A DNA stretch of 32,000 bases. Origin: Candidatus Methanoperedens sp. GTDB taxonomy: Archaea; Halobacteriota; Methanosarcinia; Methanosarcinales; Methanoperedenaceae. Below the pieces are notes generated by a model. That model was not told the origin of the DNA. It searched no databases and saw only the letters and a list, made by a program, of their open reading frames with translations. Shown here one piece after another: positions 1 through 8,648 of this stretch; position 1 is the stretch's first letter; each line of letters begins with the position of its first letter. Where the stretch lies: contig JAPZAR010000027.1 of NCBI GenBank assembly GCA_027460535.1, positions 120,001 to 152,000 of the forward strand, in the 5' to 3' direction. Both the position numbers and the translations under genes were made by a program.

Positions 1-1127
1 GAGATTTTTCTATCTTCATAATTTTTGATGACTGTCCCTGCAGCCAATCTGATGTGTGGAGTTCCATCATTTACAATCTCGACTGCTACTATGCTGTTCA
101 ATAATAACAAAATACATACCATAATTGCATATGGCTTCATCAGTTTTTCATTAATTGCGATCAAGCCCCATGGAATTATTGGAATCAGGTAGGGAACCTT
201 GTACGGAAAAATGAAATAGGATGAAACAAAGATAAACCCCGTCAACCAACAGAAATTCAATAATTGTTTGCGCTCAATGAACTGTCTATTTTTAGGACTG
301 AATATCACAAAAAAAATGAGAAATATTAAGGCAACTATACCAAATAATTCCATAATCATGTTATTAAATGATACTCCAACGGAAACAGAAAGCATGGATA
401 TGGGCTTCATGATGGGAGTAGTAGAGAGATATCCGGAGCCGTGAAGAAATTCAAGTTCATATTTGCTGAATACGGGCCAGAACAATAACAATGCTGTAAT
501 GACAGATATAGACACGAAAGCTAAGGCTTCCCTGATATTTCCTTTTTCCGAAAAAGCCCAAAATAGAATAGGAATTATCATAAATGCTGAGGTGAACCTC
601 ATTCCAACTGAAAATCCAATGGCAATTCCTGCAATGGAATATTTAGACTTGAATGCAAGATAGCTCCCCAGCAAAATGAACATAAGAGCCCACATATAAT
701 CCATGGTTATCACGCTATTTATCCATAGAAGAGGGAAAAAGGCAAAAGCAATTACGAGTAATGCTCTATTTTCTATTTTAAAAATGTTCAATATCTTGCC
801 AAAAACTACTACTGATATAAACGAAACAATCATTGTTGCAGTGTTTGTGGCAATCCAGCCATTCTGAATGAAAAGTGCATTCGCAAATTCGTAAAGTGGG
901 TATCCTGGGAAGCGTGACACGGTATAAACATGATTATATCTGATAAGAAATGCTGAATTCACCACTGACAGCGTGTCATAATCAGTTTTAGAACTGAAAG
1001 TGCTGAAACCGAGGTTTATGAAAGGGATACGTGAAATGAAAAATATTAAGGCCAGAATAACGACTGAGGGAAAATTCGTTAAATCGTAATTTAATAAATC
1101 TTTTTCAATCCTAGGCAATTTGAACAT
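1..1127 (-). CDS. Polytopic membrane protein, GT-C-fold glycosyltransferase-like (PMT_2/ArnT-like); the 3' end runs off the left edge of the window
   Basis: This ORF is absent from the supplied track because it has no stop inside the window. Reading the minus strand from the ATG at 1127-1125 gives an uninterrupted frame to position 1 (MFKLPRIEKDLLNYDLTNFPSVVILALIFFISRIPFINLGF...SRFPGYPLYEFANALF...). It has many hydrophobic helices. An acidic TDYD motif lies in the first loop, and an FPGYPL motif recalls the PPL loop of ArnT/PMT-type enzymes. The + strand ORF 463..663 is its antisense shadow. Confidence 0.55.
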   Translation of the reverse strand, partial: MFKLPRIEKDLLNYDLTNFPSVVILALIFFISRIPFINLGFSTFSSKTDYDTLSVVNSAFLIRYNHVYTVSRFPGYPLYEFANALFIQNGWIATNTATMIVSFISVVVFGKILNIFKIENRALLVIAFAFFPLLWINSVITMDYMWALMFILLGSYLAFKSKYSIAGIAIGFSVGMRFTSAFMIIPILFWAFSEKGNIREALAFVSISVITALLLFWPVFSKYELEFLHGSGYLSTTPIMKPISMLSVSVGVSFNNMIMELFGIVALIFLIFFVIFSPKNRQFIERKQLLNFCWLTGFIFVSSYFIFPYKVPYLIPIIPWGLIAINEKLMKPYAIMVCILLLLNSIVAVEIVNDGTPHIRLAAGTVIKNYEDRKI

Positions 1128-1161
1128 CACTTCAATATTGCATGGTTTATTATTAAAGCAA

Positions 1162-1196
1162 TCTAAAAAAGAAAAGGTGAAGGGATCTCTCCCTTC
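1162..1196 (-). terminator. Putative terminator of the S-layer gene
   Basis: A perfect 7-bp inverted repeat GAAGGGA-TCTC-TCCCTTC lies at 1179-1196, 13 nt past the stop. On the minus strand it is followed by the T-rich run CTTTTCTTTTTT. Confidence 0.5.
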
Positions 1197-1208
1197 GATT
1201 TTATTTAT

Positions 1209-3332
1209 TTACTTTCTCTGTCTCAACACGAGGTAAGCTACTGCGAGCAATCCTGCGATCGCGAAGACTGCCTGGAATCCAGGCTCTTTTGGAGTCGCTG
1301 TTGCTGCTGCTGGCTTGGCTGTCTCAGTGACCGCCGGTGCCGTTGTTTCAACTACTGTTGCTGCGACGGTAGCATTGCCCGTTGGCTTCATACCTGTTCC
1401 AGTTGGTGTAACAGATCCTGTGACTGTGACTCCCGTGCCTGTTGGTCCTGGACCAGCGCCGATCTGGTAATCTACCACTGGGTAGTACCTCAAATCGGTG
1501 GCGCTGTCTGCCACTCTGAACTTCATTTCACCCATGATGTCAACAGTTCCGTCCTGGGTAAGGTCCACTGATTTATCTTTGTTCTTCAGTACAAGGGTAT
1601 CGGCACCTGCACTTGTTACTTCCATGTTGCCAAATACATCAGCACTCTTAACTTCTGTGACTGACGTACCTATCGCCCATGTATATCTCAACTGCACCAT
1701 ATCGCTTGTGGCACCAGCAAATACGCTGTCGACATAGGTAACGAACAATGGAACATCTGTCTCGCCTGCAAAGCTCTTCTCTATATAGGTATAAACTCCG
1801 CCCTGTGCAATTACCTTATCGTCTTTCTTGACGCCGTCCTTGCTTAGGACAAGCCATGCCTGTCTTGGAGTTGCTTTGGCATCAATGCTCTGGGCTGATA
1901 ATGTCCAGCCATCTCCAATGTCCCAGGTCTCTCCGACCGTCAGTGACTTCTTTTCATTAGTGGCATTGCCCTGCTCGATTATAAGCTTGGCTAATTTCTT
2001 AGCATTGGCTTTTACGGGTATGTAGGGCTGTGCCTGCCAGCCTATGATAGGATATTGTCCGGTTCCAGTGGCATTGATCTTCAGCATATCAGAGTCTGTC
2101 TTGTTGACCTTATTATTTTCGATCACTTTCAAAGTCTTGAAAGTTTTGGTCGTTGTGTAAGTCAAATTTTCATTAGCTCCATCAATGTTTCTATTGGAGA
2201 CGCTAACGACCGATAGATTCTCTGTCATTAAGTTATTCTTTAGATCATACCAGAATCCTGCAAAGTTTGAAGCATCCCAGAAGCGTTGCGTGGTATCGCT
2301 AAGACTGTTTGGTACTGAAATGACCGAGCCGCGTACCTCATATGTTCCAGGAGTAGTTCTTACTACCATTGGGTAATATCTCAAATCGGTGGCGCTGTCT
2401 GCCACTCTGAACTTCATATCACCCATGATGTCAACAGTTCCATCCTGTGTAAGGTCCACTGATTTGTCTTTGTTCTTCAGTATAAGGGTATCGGCACCCG
2501 CTTGAGTTACTTCCATGTTGCCAAATACATCAGCACTCTTAACTTCTATGACTGACGTACCTATTGCCCATGTATATCTCAGCTGCACCATATCGCTTGT
2601 GGCACCAGCAAATACGCTGTCGACATATGTAACGAACAACGGAACATCTGTCTCGCCTGCAAAGCTTTTCTCTATGTAGGTATAAACTCCGCCCTGTCCA
2701 ATTACCTTATCGTCTTTCTTGACGCCGTCCTTGCTTAGGACAAGCCATGCCTGTCTTGGACTTGCCTTGGCATCAATGCTCTGGGCTGATAATGTCCAGC
2801 CATCTCCAATGTCCCAGGTCTCTCCGACCGTCAGTGACTTCTTTTCATTAGTGGCATTGCCCTGCTCGATTATAAGCTTGGCTAATTTCTTAGCATTGGA
2901 TTTTACCGGTATGTAGGGCTGTGCCTGCCAGCCTAGGATAGGATATTTTCCTGTTCCACTGGCATTGATCTTTAGCATATCAGAATCTGTGGCGTTGATC
3001 TTACCATTTTCAATCACTTTCAAAGTCTTGAAAGTTTTTGTCGTTGTATAAATCAACTGTTCTGATCCGGCAATTCCAGAAATGGACCTAGTTGAAGGAC
3101 CTACTGACAGGACCGATAGATTCTCTGTCATTAAGTTATCTTTTAGATCGTACCAGAATCCTGCAAAGTTATTAGCGTCCCAGAAACGAGGCGTGGCATC
3201 GGTAAGACTGCCTGGTACTGAAACGACAGCTCCGCGGATTTCCACGCTGGTCGCCTGTATAGCTGCATTTGCAGGTAATGCTATTGCTAACATTAACACA
3301 GCTAATGCAACTGTTGTTATTCTTTTACTCAT
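1209..3332 (-). CDS. S-layer protein with two tandem S-layer-duplication (DUF1608-type) domains, a Thr/Pro/Gly-rich tether and a PGF-CTERM anchor
   Basis: The signal peptide is MSKRITTVALAVLMLAIALPANA. Two ~297-aa repeats each carry the FAGFWYDLK motif. The tether is GAGPGPTGTGVTVTGSVTPTGTG...TAKPAAATATPKE. The C-terminus PGFQAVFAIAGLLAVAYLVLRQRK matches the PGF-CTERM archaeosortase signal. I placed the start at the second ATG (3332), which has GGAGG 8 nt upstream; the track start at 3347 is also possible. Confidence 0.85.
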   Translation of the reverse strand: MSKRITTVALAVLMLAIALPANAAIQATSVEIRGAVVSVPGSLTDATPRFWDANNFAGFWYDLKDNLMTENLSVLSVGPSTRSISGIAGSEQLIYTTTKTFKTLKVIENGKINATDSDMLKINASGTGKYPILGWQAQPYIPVKSNAKKLAKLIIEQGNATNEKKSLTVGETWDIGDGWTLSAQSIDAKASPRQAWLVLSKDGVKKDDKVIGQGGVYTYIEKSFAGETDVPLFVTYVDSVFAGATSDMVQLRYTWAIGTSVIEVKSADVFGNMEVTQAGADTLILKNKDKSVDLTQDGTVDIMGDMKFRVADSATDLRYYPMVVRTTPGTYEVRGSVISVPNSLSDTTQRFWDASNFAGFWYDLKNNLMTENLSVVSVSNRNIDGANENLTYTTTKTFKTLKVIENNKVNKTDSDMLKINATGTGQYPIIGWQAQPYIPVKANAKKLAKLIIEQGNATNEKKSLTVGETWDIGDGWTLSAQSIDAKATPRQAWLVLSKDGVKKDDKVIAQGGVYTYIEKSFAGETDVPLFVTYVDSVFAGATSDMVQLRYTWAIGTSVTEVKSADVFGNMEVTSAGADTLVLKNKDKSVDLTQDGTVDIMGEMKFRVADSATDLRYYPVVDYQIGAGPGPTGTGVTVTGSVTPTGTGMKPTGNATVAATVVETTAPAVTETAKPAAATATPKEPGFQAVFAIAGLLAVAYLVLRQRK
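1470..3251. repeat. Intragenic tandem duplication, 2 x 891 bp (the two S-layer domains)
   Basis: The offset is exactly 891 bp; for example, the shadow ORFs 1828..2025 and 2719..2916 are near-identical. Positions 1878-2008 and 2769-2899 are a 131-bp perfect match. The promoter-proximal third of each unit (about 2100-2360 versus 2990-3251) is clearly more diverged. Confidence 0.95.
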
Positions 3333-3563
3333 TATTCTTTCCTCCATATTCTATATGGTTTATGTTCTCCTTCGAGATGCCGACTTAACGGCAAGAGTGA
3401 TAGTAATCAAAGGCAGAACTTTTAGCTCCGCCGCCATCGCTAAACCGTCTTGTCCGAACCGACATGTTTAATGACTGCCGTCCAAGGCGATTTCATCACC
3501 CTCTATTTAATCCCGTTATGGATTACATACCTTGTACATAGGGCTGTACTTAAATCTTTTGCG

Positions 3564-3605
3564 GTCGATTTTGGCAAAAAACATGCATGCATGGGCACAA
3601 TCGAC
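3564..3605 (-). terminator. Putative terminator of the gatE / phosphodiesterase-like operon
   Basis: A 12-bp perfect palindrome CATGCATGCATG (3582-3593) is nested in imperfect 12-bp arms (GTCGATTTTGGC and GGCACAATCGAC, 10/12 complementary). On the minus strand it is followed directly by TTTTTT (3576-3581). It lies about 50-90 nt downstream of the stop at 3652. Confidence 0.4.
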
Positions 3606-3651
3606 GATTGAAGGTTCACTTATTGTCGAACTGCTATATCCAGCAGTATGC

Positions 3652-5019
3652 TCAATCCTTCATCTTTCTAATGACGATAAAACCGGCTGCCATGACAATT
3701 AATATTAAAATAATCGCAAAAATTCTGTTGTAATTGAATACAGATTCCTTTCTATAAAAATTCAAATTCTTGTCAGAATCAAGGAATATGTGCTCTTCAT
3801 ATGCAATCTCAGCGCCGGATGCTTTGAGCGTATAGCTGGTGTTCAGAGGAAGCCCCGCAAAAATAAGCTCAGAATCTCCGCGTTCTGATAATTTCTGGCC
3901 ATCATTCCACAATGAAACCTGATATTTATTGTCTGCTTTTACAAAGATACTTGCATAATTTTTTATCTTAATGGACCCGCCGTCCGCGTATTGGAGATGG
4001 TTGGGAAGGTCAAGAACATTGAGGATCGTTGGCGCGATATCTTCCTGATCGTACTCCCCACTTACAACGCCAACTCTGGAATTTGGAGAAAATATAACAA
4101 ATGGTATCCTCAGGCTTTCCTGCCTGGATGAGTATTTATCCGACGAGTGCCCGCCTCTTTGCGCGTCTTTTTTGGCAAAGGACATCCCGTGGTCTGCAGT
4201 GAAAAATATGGCGATCCTGTTCTCCGATGCTGTTTTGTAAAGAGGATAGAAATCCCTATCAAGGTCTTCGATCAAGCTAACATAATCATCCTCTCCAAGA
4301 TTATGACCACCGCTATCTATCGCGCCCACATTCAATGTCAAAAAGAACTTCTGCGCCGGGTGGTTCTTTATCATTGATTCTGCAACAGCATTGGCCGCAT
4401 CGATTCCCCATTTGTTGTATGCTGAATATCTCTCCACGCCTGCCCGTTTATTCAAATATTCTGGGAGTTTCATCTTCCAATCGTTCATTAATTCATAAAC
4501 GCCGGATGGCGCCGCTTTTGCCTGTAGCGATAACTGCGGTTCATCGATCGAATTATTCTCCATGAACAGAATTATATCCTGCTCCTCTCGCATGTTCGAA
4601 AAATCTCCTGTTTCCATAACGGCCAGATTAGAAAAACCATGCTGCCTTGTGATATCGTATATGGTGGCTTCGGGGTAACCCACTATCTCCTCGTTCGCTC
4701 CTGAGTAACCAGTGACAATTATGGAATGAGCTATCCCAGTAACAGGTTGGGAAGTCTTGATATTGAGTATCCTTGTACCCGAGATAAGGTTTCTGGTATT
4801 TGCTTTTGGAAGCTCGCTCCCATCAAGGCTCAAAGCTTTGAATTCCGGATAATAGTACGATGAACCAAATCCATCCACAATAAAAAGGATTGCACTCTGA
4901 GGCCTATTGACATCATTAAATGACACTTCAGAGACTGCAAAAGCAATCCCTGACAATAAGAAAATCGTAACCCAAATTATCAAAACTTTTTTCATGAGTA
5001 ACATACAGGTAGAATTCAT
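3652..5019 (-). CDS. Membrane-anchored alkaline-phosphatase-superfamily enzyme (type I phosphodiesterase / nucleotide pyrophosphatase-like)
   Basis: Metal-site motifs are present: FIVDGFGSSYY, IDSGGHNLG (DxxGHxxG-like) and FFTADHGMSF (DHGM). There are hydrophobic helices at both the N-terminus and the C-terminus (IFAIILILIVMAAGFIVI). The ATGA overlap with the gatE stop suggests translational coupling. Confidence 0.7.
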   Translation of the reverse strand: MNSTCMLLMKKVLIIWVTIFLLSGIAFAVSEVSFNDVNRPQSAILFIVDGFGSSYYYPEFKALSLDGSELPKANTRNLISGTRILNIKTSQPVTGIAHSIIVTGYSGANEEIVGYPEATIYDITRQHGFSNLAVMETGDFSNMREEQDIILFMENNSIDEPQLSLQAKAAPSGVYELMNDWKMKLPEYLNKRAGVERYSAYNKWGIDAANAVAESMIKNHPAQKFFLTLNVGAIDSGGHNLGEDDYVSLIEDLDRDFYPLYKTASENRIAIFFTADHGMSFAKKDAQRGGHSSDKYSSRQESLRIPFVIFSPNSRVGVVSGEYDQEDIAPTILNVLDLPNHLQYADGGSIKIKNYASIFVKADNKYQVSLWNDGQKLSERGDSELIFAGLPLNTSYTLKASGAEIAYEEHIFLDSDKNLNFYRKESVFNYNRIFAIILILIVMAAGFIVIRKMKD

Positions 5020-6911
5020 TTTGACCCCACAATTTTTGAGATTTTTTCGTTCAGCAGCTTGCTCACTTCCTGACCGCTAACCTTACCCCGCAGCTCTTTC
5101 ATGACCACTCCCATCAATGGTCCCGCAGAATTCAATCCTTTTTCCATAATAAAATCCATCTTGGATTCTATGATTTTATCGATAACAGTCTCTAATGCTC
5201 CAGTTTCCACCCCTATGCCCAGTGTTTGAACTGCTTTATCCACCGCCAATTCTGGCTTACTGGCTATGATTTTCAGGACACTGCCGATCGCTTCATTCGG
5301 TATCTTTCCATCAGCATGAAGCTTGAAAAGCTGGATAAGATTCGCTTCTATGATATTATGCACCGGCACACCTTCTTTTTCAAGTTCATAAAGTGTTGTT
5401 TCAAGCGTGCGCACCACTATGGTCGAACTGGCGCCAGGCGCCTGCCGCATGATATTTTCAAAAAGAACAAAGTTGCGTGAACGGGCGATCAGGGCTGCAA
5501 GCTCTTCACCCAGGGCAAACTTTTTCTGGTACCTCGCCATGCGATCTTCAATAAGCTCAGGCAATTTTATATCTTCAATCCTTTCTTCTGTGATCACGAC
5601 AGGTGGGACATCAGTCTCAGGGTACATGCGTGCCGCTCCCGGAAGGGGTCTCATATAAGCCGAATTACCATCTGGAAGCGCTCGCCTTGTTTCCTCGGGA
5701 ACGCACACCAGTGCCTCTCTTGCCCGGACAATAACAGCTTCCAGTGCCCCCCTGGCCTTCTCTCTGGCATCTGCGACCATTACCACACAATCGTTATCCT
5801 GCGCACCCACGGCTCTCCTGAGAACACCCGTTTCATCTTCGGTTATACCGTAATTTGGAAGTTCATCCGTGTGGAATATGCCTCCAACGCCGGATTTTTT
5901 TGCCCGGTCCGATAACTCTGTCCCGAATCTCCTACCGGGCTGAACTTCCCTCCCAACAAAACCGCCAAATCCTGGAAGATTTACCGCAAACACCACGCCT
6001 ACCTTCAGTGCCTTTTGTATCACTTTTGAACTCGTATCTGCAAAAATTGATGTCACGTCCATGATATCATCAGTTACTGCTGCATTCCGTTCATTGAGTT
6101 CCTTTTTTATTTCCAGAAGGGCGACCTGTCTTTTAACTTCCTGCTCCACTATCGTTTCGATCATTGAAAGGTCCTGCACTCCTTTGATTTCGACCCTCGC
6201 TCCCTCTGTTATCGAAATATTGATATCCTGCCTTATGGTGCCCAGGCCGCGTTTCACTTTCCCTGTTGAACGCAATATCATGCCGAGCTTTTCTGCAACC
6301 TCTCTTGCATGCTGTGGTGATATTATATCCGGAGCAGTACCGATCTCAACCAGTGGAATGCCCAGGCGGTCGAGTGAATATACCACAGAATCCCCTTTAT
6401 CTTCAACTTTCTGCGCCGCCTCTTCCTCAAGGCACAGCACGTCTATCCCCACCCGGCCAGAAGACGAATCCAGATATCCTTTTGTGGCCACAAGGCCGGT
6501 TCTCTGGAAACCCGATGTGTTTGAGCCATCTATGACAATTTTCCTCATGGTGTAGAGCTCTTCAACGATATTCATATTCAGCAATCTTGCGATCATGAGC
6601 GCATAATCAAGAGCCTCCTGGTTCAATTCGCGCGGCGGCTCTTCGTCATTCTCCACAAGACAGGTGGTGTCGTATGCTTTATAGATGAATTTTTTTGTGA
6701 GTTTTACTTCCTCAAGCGCCGCCCTGTCAACCACCCCCATCTCGCTCTGCGTGGGACGAAGATACCTGGAAAACTCAAAAATGGAATCCTTGGTGTCATG
6801 AAGAAGCGTAGGGCATCCGCAGAACAGCTTTTCTTTTGTGTCCAGCTGCTGGTGAATCTCAAGCCCCGATTTCAATCCAAGCGCTCTGTAGTCGTGAGTC
6901 ATGGGCATCAT
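5016..6911 (-). CDS. gatE: Glutamyl-tRNA(Gln) amidotransferase subunit E
   Basis: The 631-aa product has the N-terminal signature DYRALGLKSGLEIHQQLDTKEKLFCGCPT typical of archaeal GatE. It also has the GatB/E catalytic core and a C-terminal YqeY-like tail. Confidence 0.93.
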   Translation of the reverse strand: MMPMTHDYRALGLKSGLEIHQQLDTKEKLFCGCPTLLHDTKDSIFEFSRYLRPTQSEMGVVDRAALEEVKLTKKFIYKAYDTTCLVENDEEPPRELNQEALDYALMIARLLNMNIVEELYTMRKIVIDGSNTSGFQRTGLVATKGYLDSSSGRVGIDVLCLEEEAAQKVEDKGDSVVYSLDRLGIPLVEIGTAPDIISPQHAREVAEKLGMILRSTGKVKRGLGTIRQDINISITEGARVEIKGVQDLSMIETIVEQEVKRQVALLEIKKELNERNAAVTDDIMDVTSIFADTSSKVIQKALKVGVVFAVNLPGFGGFVGREVQPGRRFGTELSDRAKKSGVGGIFHTDELPNYGITEDETGVLRRAVGAQDNDCVVMVADAREKARGALEAVIVRAREALVCVPEETRRALPDGNSAYMRPLPGAARMYPETDVPPVVITEERIEDIKLPELIEDRMARYQKKFALGEELAALIARSRNFVLFENIMRQAPGASSTIVVRTLETTLYELEKEGVPVHNIIEANLIQLFKLHADGKIPNEAIGSVLKIIASKPELAVDKAVQTLGIGVETGALETVIDKIIESKMDFIMEKGLNSAGPLMGVVMKELRGKVSGQEVSKLLNEKISKIVGSK

Positions 6912-6992
6912 TGATATTATGCAATCTATAAAACAATTGTCATTTCATAATTGTCGATATTTTTAAATACAATCCTGAATATTGAAATAAGT

Positions 6993-7292
6993 ATGCAGGA
7001 AAAACATCTAAAAATGCTCGGAGTTATTATAATTTTTATTGGCCTTGCGATTTTGCTTTTCACATTTTATGAGGCATATTCCTACATGAAATCACCATAC
7101 CCGGCCCTTGACTCTCCACAGGTGTCCAGCACACTTACTTCAGGACAGCCTGACATAAACAGGGCTATGGCACAGGCATTTTCCCCATTCTTTAACTCGA
7201 TCATTCCCCTTATCTATTCCTCAGGCTATATGTTTGTGATGGGATTGATTGGTTTCTGGACAATGGGAAGGGGAATACAGCTTGTAAAATAG
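6993..7292 (+). CDS. Small hypothetical membrane protein
   Basis: Two predicted TM helices are present (LGVIIIFIGLAILLFTFY and YMFVMGLIGFWTMG). The track start at 6951 is a TTG; I chose the first ATG at 6993. The product is unknown. Confidence 0.45.
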   Translation: MQEKHLKMLGVIIIFIGLAILLFTFYEAYSYMKSPYPALDSPQVSSTLTSGQPDINRAMAQAFSPFFNSIIPLIYSSGYMFVMGLIGFWTMGRGIQLVK

Positions 7293-7329
7293 TGGATTTT
7301 ATTGAGGAATAATTTGGACATATCCTTTA

Positions 7330-8592
7330 TCAACAAATCAACCTCCCCAAAAATTTCGTAAACATTTCCAGATCATCCACCCGGATATTCTCATCGTCTG
7401 CATGGGCATTGCTCTCAAGCCTTCTCCCAAGTCCAAAACAGCATGCTGGCAGCCCCGTTACCTTCGCGGCATAAGCCACGTCAAGGCTTCCCTGTGCCCC
7501 TGCAAGCCTGACCTCCCTGCCTGCAACCTCGGTTGCCACATTCTGGACTTCCTTCACCCATGGATGATTCATGTCAGTCAGCATGGGAGCGTAGATATCA
7601 TCGCAGCTCAACTTTAGATCAATATCAGGATGCTTTTCCCTGACGCGTGAGATTGCTGCATTCATCTCCCTGCATACCTCATCGAACTTCTCTTCCGGGA
7701 TATAGCGGCGGTCACCTTTCATCGTGCAACGGTCCGGGACGATATTTTGTTTCACACCTGCGTTTATCACAGTGATATTGAGGACTGGCAAAAGGGTATT
7801 TATCCCGGTTTTCTGACTTATTACCGTGCTTGTCGGTACCTTTGAACGTCTTCTCTCAATCTTGGCCTTCAGTTCCATCAATTCGTTCATGACCGGGATG
7901 GATCTCTCGATAGCATTCACACCAAGAAAACTGCTACCGCTGTGATACGATCTCCCCAAGACGTCTATCTGCCAGTCCACGTTCCCATTGGATGCTATAG
8001 TGATATCATCGCTGTCCCCGTCCATACTCAGGAAATAATCCGCTTTCAGTTTCCCCAGGTCGGCCAGATAGCACAGGCCAGAATACGGCCCCATCTCTTC
8101 ATCAGTGGTCAGGGCAATATTCAGGTTGTACTTTGGTTTAATGTCCAGTTCCTTCATTGCCGAGAGAACAGTCAAAAGCGCAGCTGGTCCACCCTTTGAG
8201 TCAGCCACGCCGCGCCCGAAGATGCTGCCATTCTTAATAGTGCATTCAAACGGCGGCACGCTCCAGCTATTGCTTGCGGGCACAACATCAAGGTGAGTAT
8301 TTATCAAAAGGTTTTTTGGCGCTCCGACATCCAGTCTTGCAGACAGGTTCATGCGCTCGCCTGCCAGATGAGAAAGCCTTGGATTTTTTTCCTCGAATAA
8401 TTGGCGCGGCATTACCACGGTCTCCACCGTGAAGTCAAGGTTCTCAAGCTTTTGCGCCATGAGTTCCATGATCTTTCCATAGTTCTCACCCGGCGGGACC
8501 TGCGTGGGAATTCGAACAAGCCCATCAAGTGTCTTTATTGTTTCATCGGTCTTTGATCCCAGATAGTCAATTAAAGCCTGCATCTTGACCAT
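7330..8592 (-). CDS. M20-family metallohydrolase (ArgE/DapE-like deacylase)
   Basis: The M20 motifs NTHLDVVP, GRGVADSKGG and TTDEE(M)G are present, and the length is 420 aa. Confidence 0.8.
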   Translation of the reverse strand: MVKMQALIDYLGSKTDETIKTLDGLVRIPTQVPPGENYGKIMELMAQKLENLDFTVETVVMPRQLFEEKNPRLSHLAGERMNLSARLDVGAPKNLLINTHLDVVPASNSWSVPPFECTIKNGSIFGRGVADSKGGPAALLTVLSAMKELDIKPKYNLNIALTTDEEMGPYSGLCYLADLGKLKADYFLSMDGDSDDITIASNGNVDWQIDVLGRSYHSGSSFLGVNAIERSIPVMNELMELKAKIERRRSKVPTSTVISQKTGINTLLPVLNITVINAGVKQNIVPDRCTMKGDRRYIPEEKFDEVCREMNAAISRVREKHPDIDLKLSCDDIYAPMLTDMNHPWVKEVQNVATEVAGREVRLAGAQGSLDVAYAAKVTGLPACCFGLGRRLESNAHADDENIRVDDLEMFTKFLGRLIC

Positions 8593-8648
8593 AAGAAGCT
8601 GTTATCATCCAAATCCTTTTTGCTTTGGCCTCTGCTATTAGACAAAAA

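Noticed and set aside
463-663. A 66-aa + strand ORF in the first kilobase
   Set aside because: It is antisense to the much longer uninterrupted minus-strand membrane-protein frame (1..1127). Its sequence is Asn/Ile-rich, as expected from AT-rich antisense translation.
1828-2916. Two near-identical 65-aa + strand ORFs (1828..2025 and 2719..2916), plus other + strand ORFs inside 1498-3471
   Set aside because: They are antisense shadows of the S-layer gene. Their similarity simply reflects the 891-bp intragenic duplication, not a repeated small gene.
1470-3251. The possibility that the regular long repeat is a CRISPR array or a mobile-element terminal repeat
   Set aside because: There are only two copies, each 891 bp. 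They are contiguous, in frame and coding for homologous protein domains. There is no short repeat/spacer periodicity anywhere in the window.
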